Assembly: GCF_009936135.1 (NCBI RefSeq)
Contig: NZ_CP047901.1
Location: 475,643-539,642 of the forward strand
Length of the DNA stretch: 64,000 nt
Source of the DNA: Candidatus Chazhemtobacterium aquaticus
GTDB lineage: Bacteria; Patescibacteriota; Microgenomatia; UBA1400; Chazhemtobacteraceae
Reading direction: 5' to 3'
The notes below the pieces were generated by a model. That model had not been told where the DNA came from, searched no databases, and saw only the letters and a list, made by a program, of their open reading frames with translations. Numbering within the stretch: position 1 is the stretch's first letter; each line of letters starts with the position of its first letter. Shown piece after piece: positions 18,751 through 28,627 of this stretch. A program made the translations under genes and the position numbers.

Positions 18751-19989
18751 GTGAAGCAAATAACCAAACACCTAACCACCTCTACTGCCAAAAACTCCTC
18801 CCTCTTCTATTTCGGCAGCTTGTTTATCAACTTTGGCCGCTATCTCTTTCACTTACTTCTCCTCCGCTTCCTCTCTCCCTCTTCCTATGGTGAGTTTCTC
18901 TCTTACGTTTCCCTTCTTTATCTTCTTACCATTCCCTCCGGCGTTATTCAGACCCTAGTCAGTCGAGACGTCTCTCTCTTTTTTGGTAAGCAAGACTTTC
19001 GCTCCATCAAGCATTTCTTTTACTTTCTCTCACCGCTAGCCCTGGTTCCTGCTCTCCTCATATCTGTTCTGGTCATTTTCTTTGCCAATCCATTAGCTCA
19101 TCTTCTTACTGCCGACCCTGCGGCCTTCATAGTCTTGAGTCTGATGACCGTCACCTCTATCCTTGGTGCCGTTCTTCGCTCATACCTGCCTGCTCTTCAG
19201 CGCTTCACTACTCAAGTTCTTATTGGCTTCATCGAGCTCCTTATCCTTATCGCCTCGGCTTATATCTTCCTCATTTTTAAATTAGGTGCTCTAAGCGGTG
19301 TTCTGGCCATGTTTCTCTCTGGTGTCATTGCCATCCTTCTCTCTGGCTACCTGCTTCGTTCATATCTTCTACCCAAGCCTAAAAAGGTGACCACTTTCAA
19401 GATCAACCATATCTTTCTCTACTCCCTCATCTTTTCCGCCGGCACCCTCTCCCTCATGTCCACCGATGTTTTACTCGTCCGTTACTTCTTTTCTTCTCAT
19501 GACTCTGGCCTTTACTCAGCTCTTTCCGTCATCGGTCGCATGATTTTCTTTGGTCTTACTCCCATCGGTAGCTTAATCCTCCCCATTGCCGCCAGCCGTT
19601 ACGCCAGCAAACAACCCACCAACTCAGTTTACTTAAAACTCATCATTTCAGCTGGCTTTTTAGGTATTGGCGCTGTTTCTCTCTTCTCTCTCTTCCCTGA
19701 CTTAGTTGTTCGCTTGCTTTCAGGTAGCGAGTATCTAGCCATCACTTCATTAATTCCCTTCATCTCCCTGACCATGTTCTTCTTAAGTCTTAACCAGCTC
19801 ACCCTCTCGTATCTACTCGCCGTTGGTAAAGAAAAAGGTACTTACTTACTCTTCTTTTTCGCCTTACTTCAGCCTTTATTAATCATCTTTATTCATTCCT
19901 CTCTCTATCAGGTCATTACCTTAAACCTGACTCTCCAGCTTTGTCTCTTTATCACCCTCGTTATATACAATACCCTTAAGAAAGTATGA
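18751..19989 (+). CDS. Wzx-like oligosaccharide flippase (polysaccharide biosynthesis protein, MOP superfamily).
   Basis: About 12 TM over 412 aa, with the layout typical of Wzx flippases and the motif QTLVSRDVS. Transcribed divergently from the 17218 gene. Confidence 0.5.
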   Translation: MKQITKHLTTSTAKNSSLFYFGSLFINFGRYLFHLLLLRFLSPSSYGEFLSYVSLLYLLTIPSGVIQTLVSRDVSLFFGKQDFRSIKHFFYFLSPLALVPALLISVLVIFFANPLAHLLTADPAAFIVLSLMTVTSILGAVLRSYLPALQRFTTQVLIGFIELLILIASAYIFLIFKLGALSGVLAMFLSGVIAILLSGYLLRSYLLPKPKKVTTFKINHIFLYSLIFSAGTLSLMSTDVLLVRYFFSSHDSGLYSALSVIGRMIFFGLTPIGSLILPIAASRYASKQPTNSVYLKLIISAGFLGIGAVSLFSLFPDLVVRLLSGSEYLAITSLIPFISLTMFFLSLNQLTLSYLLAVGKEKGTYLLFFFALLQPLLIIFIHSSLYQVITLNLTLQLCLFITLVIYNTLKKV

Positions 19990-20786
19990 AACCCCAACCA
20001 GCCGACCCCAATCTCTTAAGTGTCATTGTCCCTACCTACAAGTGTCCAACTATAGTAAGAGACTTAAAAAGCATCACCCGATATCTTGATCAGCTCAATC
20101 GTCCTTACGAGGTTCTCTGCATTGTTGATGGCAAAGCTCATGCTCGTGACACCACTCTTCAAAAAGCCAGGAAAGCCAGGAGCACCAAGGTCTCCGTCTA
20201 CTCATATCCTCAAAACAGAGGTAAGGGTTATGCCGTCCGTTACGGTATGGCCAGAGCCAAGGGTGGTCTGATTGCCTTCATAGATGCAGGATCCGATCTT
20301 CACGCCTCCGGTATTGGTATGGCCCTAGAGCATCTTAAGTGGTACGAAGCCGATATCATCATCGGTAGCAAACGCCACAAAGCCAGCAAGGTCACCTATC
20401 CCTTTAAGCGCAGAGTCATCAGTACCCTGGCTCAATGGGCCATCCGTCTCTTCTTTGGTGTCCGCGTCTCTGATACCCAAACAGGCTTAAAGCTTTTCCG
20501 TAGGCAAGTTTTAGAACAAGTCCTTCCTCGTCTAGTCATCAAGCGTTTTGCTTTTGATTTAGAGATCCTAATCGTGGCTCACCGTTTAGGCTTCAATCGT
20601 ATCTACGAGTCTCCCATCGAGCTAAACTACAACTTTTCAAGCACTATTAACGGTTCAGCTCTCTATCACTCTGCCGTCGATTTCCTAGCCATCATCTACC
20701 GCACCTATATCCTTCGCTACTACGACGATCGCCATCAGGATATCTGGGAACATGATCCCAAATTAGCTCTCCGCTACCACTCATGA
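19986..20786 (+). CDS. GT2 polyprenyl-phosphate sugar synthase, Dpm1/GtrB-like (dolichyl-/undecaprenyl-phosphate mannosyl- or glucosyltransferase family).
   Basis: LSVIVPTYKC...YEVLCIVDGKAHAR...QNRGKGYAVRYGMARAKGGLIAFIDAGSDL...IIIGSKRH...VSDTQTGLKLFRRQVL. The domain order matches Dpm1/GtrB/ArnC. It is the expected lipid-linked donor synthase for GT-C enzymes. Confidence 0.7.
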   Translation: MKPQPADPNLLSVIVPTYKCPTIVRDLKSITRYLDQLNRPYEVLCIVDGKAHARDTTLQKARKARSTKVSVYSYPQNRGKGYAVRYGMARAKGGLIAFIDAGSDLHASGIGMALEHLKWYEADIIIGSKRHKASKVTYPFKRRVISTLAQWAIRLFFGVRVSDTQTGLKLFRRQVLEQVLPRLVIKRFAFDLEILIVAHRLGFNRIYESPIELNYNFSSTINGSALYHSAVDFLAIIYRTYILRYYDDRHQDIWEHDPKLALRYHS

Positions 20787-21781
20787 GTTCCTCTCGACCT
20801 TTGGTTTCCATCATCATCGTTGATTACAAACGAAACAATCCTTATCTAAAAGAAAGTCTAAAGGCAATCGATCAGCAAACATATACTCATTTCGAGATCA
20901 TTTTAGTCACCGACTATCCCGTTAATTTAACCCATCCCAAGTTAAAGAAAAAATCTTATGGTCATTATGTCGGTCCGGCTCAAAAAAGGGATGCTGGAGC
21001 CAAGCTGGCTCGGGGTAGTATCTTGAGTTTCCTGGATGATGACGCCTATCCTTCTCCTGGTTGGCTTCAGGCTATAGTCGACAACTTCGCTGACCCTAAG
21101 GTGGCTGCCGTTGGCGGACCTGGTGTTACCCCCCCTGATTCATCTTGGGACAAACAGGCTTCTGGTTGGGCCTCTGCCTCACCTTTGGGCTCAGGATCCT
21201 ACACCTATCGTTTCTTGCCTGGCAAGAAGCGACTAGTTGACGACTATCCTTCCATGAATTTGTCTGTCAGAAAATCAGATTTTAATAAGGTTAAGGGTTT
21301 TGACTCTCATTACTATCCAGGTGAGGACACCAAGCTTTGTCTAGATTTAACTCACAAACTAGGCAAAGTGATTGTCTACGAGCCCAAAGCCCTGGTTTAC
21401 CACCATCGGCGCTCTCTCCTCATCCCTCATCTTAAACAGAATGGTAACTACGGATTGCACCGAGGTTTCTTTGCCAGAGTCTTACCCAAGACCTCCCTTA
21501 GACCTCTTTATTTTCTGCCCTCTCTTATGGCCTTAGGTCTGATCTTTCTTCTCTTCTCTCCTTTATATACTCACCCCTTGCTAGCTCTTGTAACTCAAAT
21601 AGGTCACACTCTCCTTGGCTTCTATATTGCTGCCCTTTGCCTTAATGCTCTTTGGATTCTTAACCGTTCTCGCCAGCCTTTGCAAGCTTTCCTCTCCCTC
21701 CCTGTTATATTCCTCACTCATTTCTGGTATGGCCTAAGATTTCTTCAGGGTTTTCTCTTTACCCGCAAGTTGAGTCGCTGA
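20783..21781 (+). CDS. Glycosyltransferase family 2 with C-terminal membrane domain.
   Basis: LVSIIIVDYKRNNPYLKESLKAIDQQTY...FEIILVTDYP...FLDDDA. C-terminal TMs. A C7 tract sits at 21129-21135. Confidence 0.65.
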   Translation: MSSSRPLVSIIIVDYKRNNPYLKESLKAIDQQTYTHFEIILVTDYPVNLTHPKLKKKSYGHYVGPAQKRDAGAKLARGSILSFLDDDAYPSPGWLQAIVDNFADPKVAAVGGPGVTPPDSSWDKQASGWASASPLGSGSYTYRFLPGKKRLVDDYPSMNLSVRKSDFNKVKGFDSHYYPGEDTKLCLDLTHKLGKVIVYEPKALVYHHRRSLLIPHLKQNGNYGLHRGFFARVLPKTSLRPLYFLPSLMALGLIFLLFSPLYTHPLLALVTQIGHTLLGFYIAALCLNALWILNRSRQPLQAFLSLPVIFLTHFWYGLRFLQGFLFTRKLSR

Positions 21782-21782
21782 T

Positions 21783-23516
21783 CTATTCCTTGGTCACCAG
21801 GAAATACGCCACCTCACTATTATCAGGGTAGGGTATACTCTCGATGACTTTTACCCTACTTGGCAGACTTCCTTTCTCAGGCCTAATATCTCCCTTAGCG
21901 TCTTGCTGAGTGATTAGATAAAGAACGCCTTCCTCGAGTGCTTCACCCATCTCATGAGGCATCTGTTTACCCTCAGTTACCTTACTCCAGCTCATCATCT
22001 TCACCTTGTCCAACCCCATACCCTTAATTACCTCAGGTCCAAACTCAACTCCATACTCCTGCACATCTTTCGGTGGGATTTGGGCCCAAAACAGGTAATA
22101 CAGCATGGCCGGATCATTGGAGTTAGTCAGCATTACTTTGTCATAGTCCTTCTCTATCTCTTTAATCTTCAACATCGCCTGTTGGTATCCATAACCATGC
22201 CACCTGGCCGCTTCCAGAGGAAAGTGGACAAAGTATTTGTGAGCCACGTTTATAAACACCAGTAGGTAGACACCAACCAAAGCTATATTGATAAGCCCTC
22301 CCCATTTTTGCTTTGCTAGCATCTTGGTAATCTGCCACCAGCCCAAGCCTACAATGATAAGTAGCGGTCCGGCCATCATGATCAGTCTCGAAGCGTGATT
22401 AGCTCCATCCACAGTCAGATCGGCAGGTAATGGGGAACTTAACAGCCACAGGCCCAGTAGTTGGTTTTCTTTGCGCTTAATGTTTTTGGTTAGCCAAAAC
22501 AGTCCTGCTGCCAAACCGATAATATCAATCCATAACAAAGCCCCAGTTTTACCCATCCCTTGCCGCAGGTTACTATCTCCCGTTGCAAACAGGAAGGTGG
22601 TGGAGATGCTTTTAAGATAGTTGTTCTTCAAAGAAGACAAATACTCCACCCCCTTATTATGAAACAAGTATGAGTACCACACCGGTCGGTTGCCAACCGT
22701 CTCTTGAAGATAATCACCCGAGTCTACCTCCCTACCCCTGATTACATAAATTGGAGCCAATGGATCAGAGAAGATCGATAGCTGTTCAAATCGGGTTTGG
22801 TCGGGTGTCTCCACCGCTGTGTAGTACAGGAAGGGTAAGATGATTGCCGCCGCCACCATCCCTCCGATCACCACTCTCTTTATACCCATCCCCAGTATCT
22901 CTCTCCAGTAAACCAGCCCAACCATTAGAAAAGTTAATGGCACGTAGAAACTCATGATCCGATAGCTATATACCCCCAACGACAACAGGACTACTGAGAG
23001 ATAAAAGGTTTTTACATTTTTACTCTTAAGCCAGTTAAAAAAGGTAAGTAAAAAGCCAAGATACATCATCAAGGCAAACATGGCCTCAAAAGCAATCCGG
23101 CTAAACTGAATCAGCCAGGGATTTAAGGCCATCACTGCTCCAACTAAGAAAGCCGCTCTCTTATCCTTACTCCACTTTAGGGTTAGCAAAGCCGCCAATA
23201 CCACCACCGCCATACCAGCCAAAGCCGTTGTCACTCTTGCCTGCAAGACTCCAGGGCTAAATATCATCGCTGCTGGGATTGATAGATATATCGGTAATGG
23301 AGTCTTAAGATCATGCATCGACCAGGCGTAAAAAGGACTAAAGGTGCCTCGATAGTCTCGGCCTGTCTCCAGCAAACTTCTAGCTTGGTAAGCCAGATCT
23401 ACTTCGTCATAATAAAGACCAGCCGGCACCTCCTCCAGCTGGTAAAATCGAACCAAACCTGCCACCAAGACAACCAGTAACAGCCACCACCATTTCGTTA
23501 ATACCTTCATTCTCAA
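21783..23516 (-). CDS. GT39/PMT/ArnT-like GT-C membrane glycosyltransferase (paralog 4, inverted).
   Basis: LVRFYQLEEVPAGLYYDEVDLAYQARSLLETGRDYRG; C-terminal WHGYGYQQA...YDKVML. Confidence 0.7.
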   Translation of the reverse strand: MRMKVLTKWWWLLLVVLVAGLVRFYQLEEVPAGLYYDEVDLAYQARSLLETGRDYRGTFSPFYAWSMHDLKTPLPIYLSIPAAMIFSPGVLQARVTTALAGMAVVVLAALLTLKWSKDKRAAFLVGAVMALNPWLIQFSRIAFEAMFALMMYLGFLLTFFNWLKSKNVKTFYLSVVLLSLGVYSYRIMSFYVPLTFLMVGLVYWREILGMGIKRVVIGGMVAAAIILPFLYYTAVETPDQTRFEQLSIFSDPLAPIYVIRGREVDSGDYLQETVGNRPVWYSYLFHNKGVEYLSSLKNNYLKSISTTFLFATGDSNLRQGMGKTGALLWIDIIGLAAGLFWLTKNIKRKENQLLGLWLLSSPLPADLTVDGANHASRLIMMAGPLLIIVGLGWWQITKMLAKQKWGGLINIALVGVYLLVFINVAHKYFVHFPLEAARWHGYGYQQAMLKIKEIEKDYDKVMLTNSNDPAMLYYLFWAQIPPKDVQEYGVEFGPEVIKGMGLDKVKMMSWSKVTEGKQMPHEMGEALEEGVLYLITQQDAKGDIRPEKGSLPSRVKVIESIPYPDNSEVAYFLVTKE

Positions 23517-23580
23517 CCCATCTTACTTTCCACCTCGTTTAAATACAACAATCTTTATATTACCCGTATCACTCCTCCTC

Positions 23581-25113
23581 TTACTTCTTTCCGTCTACTC
23601 TGTTTGCCTCAGTCAAGTTAAAGATGTGTTGTCTTACTCTTCGTACCGCCCTCCAGCCATAGGTAAACAGGAACTGCCAGTCTTTTTTCTTGAATGTCTT
23701 TAAGTAAGTGATCTGTCTCCACAAGAATTTAGGATGGAAAGCAATGGAGTACATCTCCCTGATGGCTTGGTAATATCGCTCGTGAGGTAGGGGAGTCTTG
23801 ACGATTAGCTTACTCATATCAAAGTCATCATAATCGTCAGTCAGTAGTACTCCTTTGTTAATACACTCCTGGTGGTAAGGGGTGTAATCAAGTGGTGTAC
23901 ACAAAGTTACCTGCAGAGTCCGAGCCAGTCCTGAGAACATCAGGTACTTCACATAATCAATGGTTTCAGAGAGCATTTTCTCAGTCTCCCAGTAATAGCC
24001 CACCATGATAGTCAGGTGAGGGTGTAGTCCAGCCTCCGTCATCCACTTCAAAGCTCTCTCAATGTATTTCTTCTGATATCCTTTGTTTAATCTTTTTAAT
24101 GTCTCATCACTCCCTGATTCAAGGCCGATTAATACAAAGCGGAAGTTAGCCTTAGCCATCAGCTCTATCGTTTCCTTATCAAGATACTCAAAGCGAGTAT
24201 TCAAACCAAAATAACACCCTTTTTTGTGAAGTCCTCGATCAATGATCCCCTGGGCAAACTTTCTGGCATCCTCGCCCCTATACCACACCCCCGAGTCATC
24301 AAAAATCTCTTTTACTCCATACTCGTTAATAAGTCTTTCATACTCATCCAGAGATCTCTCCACCGACATCTTCGAGAAGGTCATCTCCGGCCCGTTGTAT
24401 CTACAAAAAGTACACTTGCCAAACATGCAGTCTCGAATCACGCTGGTGGCATATGTTCCAGGAGTTTGCAGGAAGTTACCGTTCTCGTACGCGTAGTTTT
24501 TCCAATTCACTAAGTCACGGTCAATCAAAGGCGACTTATTTAATGGCTCTACCTGACGGAAGTTGCCCGTATCCCGATACTTACTCCCTCTTACTCTAAT
24601 GGTTAACCCTTCGATCTTGCAGGATCTTCTCCAGTCCTTATTACTCTCCAAGTAGGGGATCAGCCGATGCAACACAAAATCAATATGGTTGCTTTTAAGC
24701 ACAATATCCGTCTTGCTGTGATCAAGCGTCTCCTCAGGCTTTCTCATCGAGTGGTAGCCTGACATGATAAAGATGGTTTTGGGTAGCTTTTTGTTAAGTT
24801 CGTTTATCGTCTTCCAGTAAAACTTCATTACCGGAGTCGTACTCTCAAACACCACTACATCTGGTTGCCATCTGACCAAGTCACTAAACCATTTCTCATA
24901 GGTCTTTAACTGGGCATTGCCATCATCCCACCTCACGTTATATCCCATCTGCTTAAGCCAGGTTGCTGCCTGAGCCTGGACAACTGGTAGTAGGTAAGTC
25001 GGAGTCTTGAAATACTGCACATTGCGGTTCTGAGACACCATTGCCTTCTGCCCCAGCTTGTTAACAATTGGGGGATACGAGATGGCGATTTTTAGTTTCT
25101 TTTTTCTAGCCAT
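23581..25113 (-). CDS. B12-binding-domain radical SAM enzyme (class-B rSAM, probable methyltransferase or other radical tailoring enzyme).
   Basis: N-terminal Rossmann-like B12-binding-type domain (KIAISYPPIVNK...). Cys triad RDCMFGKCTFCRY has unusual Cx4Cx2C spacing. A long C-terminal domain follows. Confidence 0.5.
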   Translation of the reverse strand: MARKKKLKIAISYPPIVNKLGQKAMVSQNRNVQYFKTPTYLLPVVQAQAATWLKQMGYNVRWDDGNAQLKTYEKWFSDLVRWQPDVVVFESTTPVMKFYWKTINELNKKLPKTIFIMSGYHSMRKPEETLDHSKTDIVLKSNHIDFVLHRLIPYLESNKDWRRSCKIEGLTIRVRGSKYRDTGNFRQVEPLNKSPLIDRDLVNWKNYAYENGNFLQTPGTYATSVIRDCMFGKCTFCRYNGPEMTFSKMSVERSLDEYERLINEYGVKEIFDDSGVWYRGEDARKFAQGIIDRGLHKKGCYFGLNTRFEYLDKETIELMAKANFRFVLIGLESGSDETLKRLNKGYQKKYIERALKWMTEAGLHPHLTIMVGYYWETEKMLSETIDYVKYLMFSGLARTLQVTLCTPLDYTPYHQECINKGVLLTDDYDDFDMSKLIVKTPLPHERYYQAIREMYSIAFHPKFLWRQITYLKTFKKKDWQFLFTYGWRAVRRVRQHIFNLTEANRVDGKK

Positions 25114-25117
25114 ATTT

Positions 25118-25804
25118 TTAGAAAAATACCTCCGTTACTATATTACTTCCATTTATCCCAGCCTCACTTAAGATATCATAGACGTCGTTGATCATCTCAC
25201 TGTTACCGCACAAGTAGTATCGGGCTCTCTTGTCGATTTTGTTTGACCTTAAATACTCCGTTACTCTACCGCTAAAGTCTCCACCCTTTTCTCTTGACAC
25301 ACAGGCTACATATCGGTTTTTGGCATAGTCCTTGCGGTCATACTGCTCGTTTGCATATCTGATTCCATGGATGATCTGGTAATCAAGTTTAGGGTATGTC
25401 TTAACAAAGGAATGGAATGGAGCTATTCCTGTTCCAGTAGCAATCAGGATATGTTTTTGATTTAACTTCTTCTCGTCTAAGGTAAATAGGCCATAAGCTC
25501 CATCAAGAGACACCTTATTTCCTGGTTTGAGTTTAGAGAGCCTAGGAGTTACTGCGCCACCCTCGACTGTCTTAATCAAGAACTCTAGCTTGTCATCATT
25601 GGGGGATGAGTAGCTGGAGTACTCGCGGTTAATCGCTTCATTTACCAAACCAATGTTGACACATTGACCGGGGATGAATTTAAAGTTTTTCTTCTCAATC
25701 TGGAGTACAAAAGCTGAATCAGTCAAATGTCTTATACCCAATACCTTATGAGTTCCTTGTTGTCTGCCGTACTCTATTGTTTGCATACACATGCATTCTA
25801 TCAC
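25118..25804 (-). CDS. FAD/NAD(P)H oxidoreductase of the ferredoxin-NADP reductase (FNR) family.
   Basis: RxYS-type FAD-binding motif (NREYSSYSS) and an NAD(P)-binding GTGIAPF motif. 228 aa. Lies 4 nt upstream of the rSAM gene on the same strand. Confidence 0.55.
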   Translation of the reverse strand: MIECMCMQTIEYGRQQGTHKVLGIRHLTDSAFVLQIEKKNFKFIPGQCVNIGLVNEAINREYSSYSSPNDDKLEFLIKTVEGGAVTPRLSKLKPGNKVSLDGAYGLFTLDEKKLNQKHILIATGTGIAPFHSFVKTYPKLDYQIIHGIRYANEQYDRKDYAKNRYVACVSREKGGDFSGRVTEYLRSNKIDKRARYYLCGNSEMINDVYDILSEAGINGSNIVTEVFF

Positions 25805-25848
25805 CCTCGTCTCAATTGGTCTCGTTCTTGTACCATTTTTGAGCTAAA

Positions 25849-26697
25849 ATGATCCTTATGAAATCCGCTCTCCCATTAGTCTCCGTGGTTATTACCACCA
25901 AGAACGAGGAAAAACACATTGTCTCTTGTCTTAAGTCCATCAAGAATCAGGACTATCCTCGGGAGAAAATTGAGATAATCGTTGTTGACAACCACTCTAC
26001 TGATGACACTGTCAAACTAGCCAAGCAATACACCAAGAACATTTTCACCAAAGGTCCAGAGAGGTCAGCTCAGAGAAACTATGGCATGATCACCAAGAGT
26101 CACGGTCAGTACGTCATGTACGTAGACGCTGATATGGAGTTAAGTAAAAAAGTTATATCTTCATGTGTTTCCAAAGTTACTAAAAATCCTGACATCATTG
26201 GTTTGTATATTCGAGAGATAGTTACTGGGGACAGCTACTGGAGTAAGGTCAGGCGTTTTGAACGCAGTTTCTATGAGGGTACGGTTATAGACTGCGTTAG
26301 GTTTATTAAAAAGTCTGCTTTTGTAAAAGTAAAAGGTTTTGATAAACAAATAACCGGCGGTGAAGATTGGGATCTGGACAAAAAAATCCGTCAACTTGGG
26401 AAAGTTGATTTAATAAAACAGCCTATCTATCACAATGAAGCTGAGTTTAACCTAAAGAAGTATCTGGCTAAAAAAAGTTACTATTCGAAAGGTCTTGACA
26501 TATATATTAAAAAGTGGGGAAAAGATGACCCTGATGTTAAGAAACAGTTCAGCCCCATATACAGGTTAGTAGTGGTGTTTTTAGAAAGAGGAAAATGGCA
26601 AAAACTACTACACCAACCAAGACTAGTGTTGGGTATGGCCTTATTAAGGATTGGAGTAGGATTCTCCTATGTTAAGCATCAGGTTATTTCGAAATAA
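25849..26697 (+). CDS. Glycosyltransferase family 2.
   Basis: LVSVVITTKNEEKHIVSCLKSIKNQDYPREKIEIIVVDNHSTDDT...YVDADM. Confidence 0.7.
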   Translation: MILMKSALPLVSVVITTKNEEKHIVSCLKSIKNQDYPREKIEIIVVDNHSTDDTVKLAKQYTKNIFTKGPERSAQRNYGMITKSHGQYVMYVDADMELSKKVISSCVSKVTKNPDIIGLYIREIVTGDSYWSKVRRFERSFYEGTVIDCVRFIKKSAFVKVKGFDKQITGGEDWDLDKKIRQLGKVDLIKQPIYHNEAEFNLKKYLAKKSYYSKGLDIYIKKWGKDDPDVKKQFSPIYRLVVVFLERGKWQKLLHQPRLVLGMALLRIGVGFSYVKHQVISK

Positions 26698-26706
26698 TTT
26701 CCAAAT

Positions 26707-27861
26707 ATGAGAAAACAAACAACGCCGAATATATCTTCACCAAGCAAAACAACAGTTTTGCAGACCGCTCATGTTACAAAGGTTTATGGACCAGTTCAAT
26801 CACTAGCAAAATTCATATCAGAAAAAAAGCGCTTTGATTTTTATCAAATAATTCATCCACTTAACAACAATGCCTCTCCAGAGTCTGTTTTTTTACGAAA
26901 CGGCAAAAAAATTAGTGAAGTTAGGATAAACACATATTCCATATTCCGCTACTTCCTAGATTTTATTATCACCTCATACTGGCTATTTAAACTACCCAAG
27001 AAAATAGATGTCGGATTCGGTATGAATAGCTTTGATACGCTTCCCTTGGTGATTTTTCGCCACAAGATAAACAAAATCGTATTTTTTAACACCGACTTCG
27101 CCAGAAACAGATTTAATAACAAACTAATTAATTCAATATATGTATCCATTGATAAATATTGCGCCCAGAAAGCAGATCTGGTTTGTTGTAATACAAACAG
27201 GACCATCGACGCCAGGATTGATGAAGGAATAAATAAAAACAAACTACTTTTAACGCCGAATGGCGTCGATTTTGACAAAATCGGAAAAATCAAGCCAAAA
27301 ACAAAATACAGTAAATCGCTCATATATGTCGGCTACCTTTCAAAAGAGCATGGACTTCAGACGGTAATAAAAGAATTACCCAAACTAGATCTGAAGCTTA
27401 TCGTTATAGGTAGCGGAGAATACGAGCGGAAACTTAAAAATCTGGTAAAAAAATTAAACCTCGACGACTCAGTCACGTTTTTGGGAAATCTTAAGCATCA
27501 GCAAGTTATCAATATATTGAAAAAATTTGGGGGCTTTGGATTAGCTCCATACAACAACAGTAGTGAATGGACTTACTATTGCGATCCAGTTAAAATTAAA
27601 GAATATCTTGCTTGCTACGTACCAGTTATCATTTCCTCAAGACCTGAAGTTAGTGAAACCATTGCTAGAGAAAAATTAGGATTTAGATATACAAATGAAG
27701 ATGAAATTAAAACAATCCTGGAGAAAGTTAGGAAAATGTCAGAAAAGGAATACAAAGAAACTCAGGAGAATATTAGCAAGTTTCGTAACGAATTTAACTT
27801 AAACACTATTTATCAAAATATTTGGCAAAGAATAAATCAGCCCGTATACACACATGAGTAA
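26707..27861 (+). CDS. Glycosyltransferase family 4-like (GT-B), very AT-rich.
   Basis: C-terminal GT-B half with IYVGYLSKEHGLQ...GFGLAPY...KEYLACYVPVI. GC about 33%. Confidence 0.55.
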   Translation: MRKQTTPNISSPSKTTVLQTAHVTKVYGPVQSLAKFISEKKRFDFYQIIHPLNNNASPESVFLRNGKKISEVRINTYSIFRYFLDFIITSYWLFKLPKKIDVGFGMNSFDTLPLVIFRHKINKIVFFNTDFARNRFNNKLINSIYVSIDKYCAQKADLVCCNTNRTIDARIDEGINKNKLLLTPNGVDFDKIGKIKPKTKYSKSLIYVGYLSKEHGLQTVIKELPKLDLKLIVIGSGEYERKLKNLVKKLNLDDSVTFLGNLKHQQVINILKKFGGFGLAPYNNSSEWTYYCDPVKIKEYLACYVPVIISSRPEVSETIAREKLGFRYTNEDEIKTILEKVRKMSEKEYKETQENISKFRNEFNLNTIYQNIWQRINQPVYTHE

Positions 27862-28525
27862 AACAATAAGAAATTTGCAAGGCGGAGATAACAACTTACC
27901 TGATGATTTGTACAAGCTGACAAGTCACTGGATCAAAGACGGAGATAGCATATTAAACTTAGGTTGTGGAAGCCAGTTCAATTTTGAAAAAATAATTTCA
28001 AAAGAAAAAGATGTTCAAATCACATCAATAGACATTGTCTCGACAAATAAACCATCATATGTCAATCGATTCGTTACTAAAGATGTAGAAAAACCATTTT
28101 CCCTAAACAAAAAGTACGATGTTGTTACTTTTTTTGAACTGATCGAACACATAGATAATACTGATGTTCTCTTAAGGAACTGCTATCGAAACCTTAAAAA
28201 TAATGGTCTACTTATTTTTTCCTTTCCTAATCTCGCCTCTTTGTATTCACGTATAGAATTATTACTCGGTTACCAACCCCATATTCTTGAGATAAGCAAT
28301 GAAAAAGCCAATCTTGGTACCGGTATTTTTGGAAGAATTAATAATCCCGACGACAATCCAATACATCACATAAGAGGGATTACACACAATGCGATGAAAG
28401 ATATGGTGCATTTTCACAAATTTAAAATATTAAGCATGATAGGTTATGAGTATCGGTTAGGGAAAATATTCAAACACTTTCCGTCCCTGGCTCCTGTCAA
28501 TATTTTTATTCTTAAGAAATTATAA
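27854..28525 (+). CDS. Class I SAM-dependent methyltransferase.
   Basis: Motif I ILNLGCGSQ and motif II/III DVVTFFELIEHIDN...NGLLIFSFP. Confidence 0.65.
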   Translation: MSKTIRNLQGGDNNLPDDLYKLTSHWIKDGDSILNLGCGSQFNFEKIISKEKDVQITSIDIVSTNKPSYVNRFVTKDVEKPFSLNKKYDVVTFFELIEHIDNTDVLLRNCYRNLKNNGLLIFSFPNLASLYSRIELLLGYQPHILEISNEKANLGTGIFGRINNPDDNPIHHIRGITHNAMKDMVHFHKFKILSMIGYEYRLGKIFKHFPSLAPVNIFILKKL

Positions 28526-28627
28526 ATATTTATCGTCAGAATAGCGAAATAAACATGTCCGTACTCTGGTTAATTAAGAACTCGATCAAGCTAGACTTGC
28601 TATTTATCAAAATAAGCAAATAACCAT

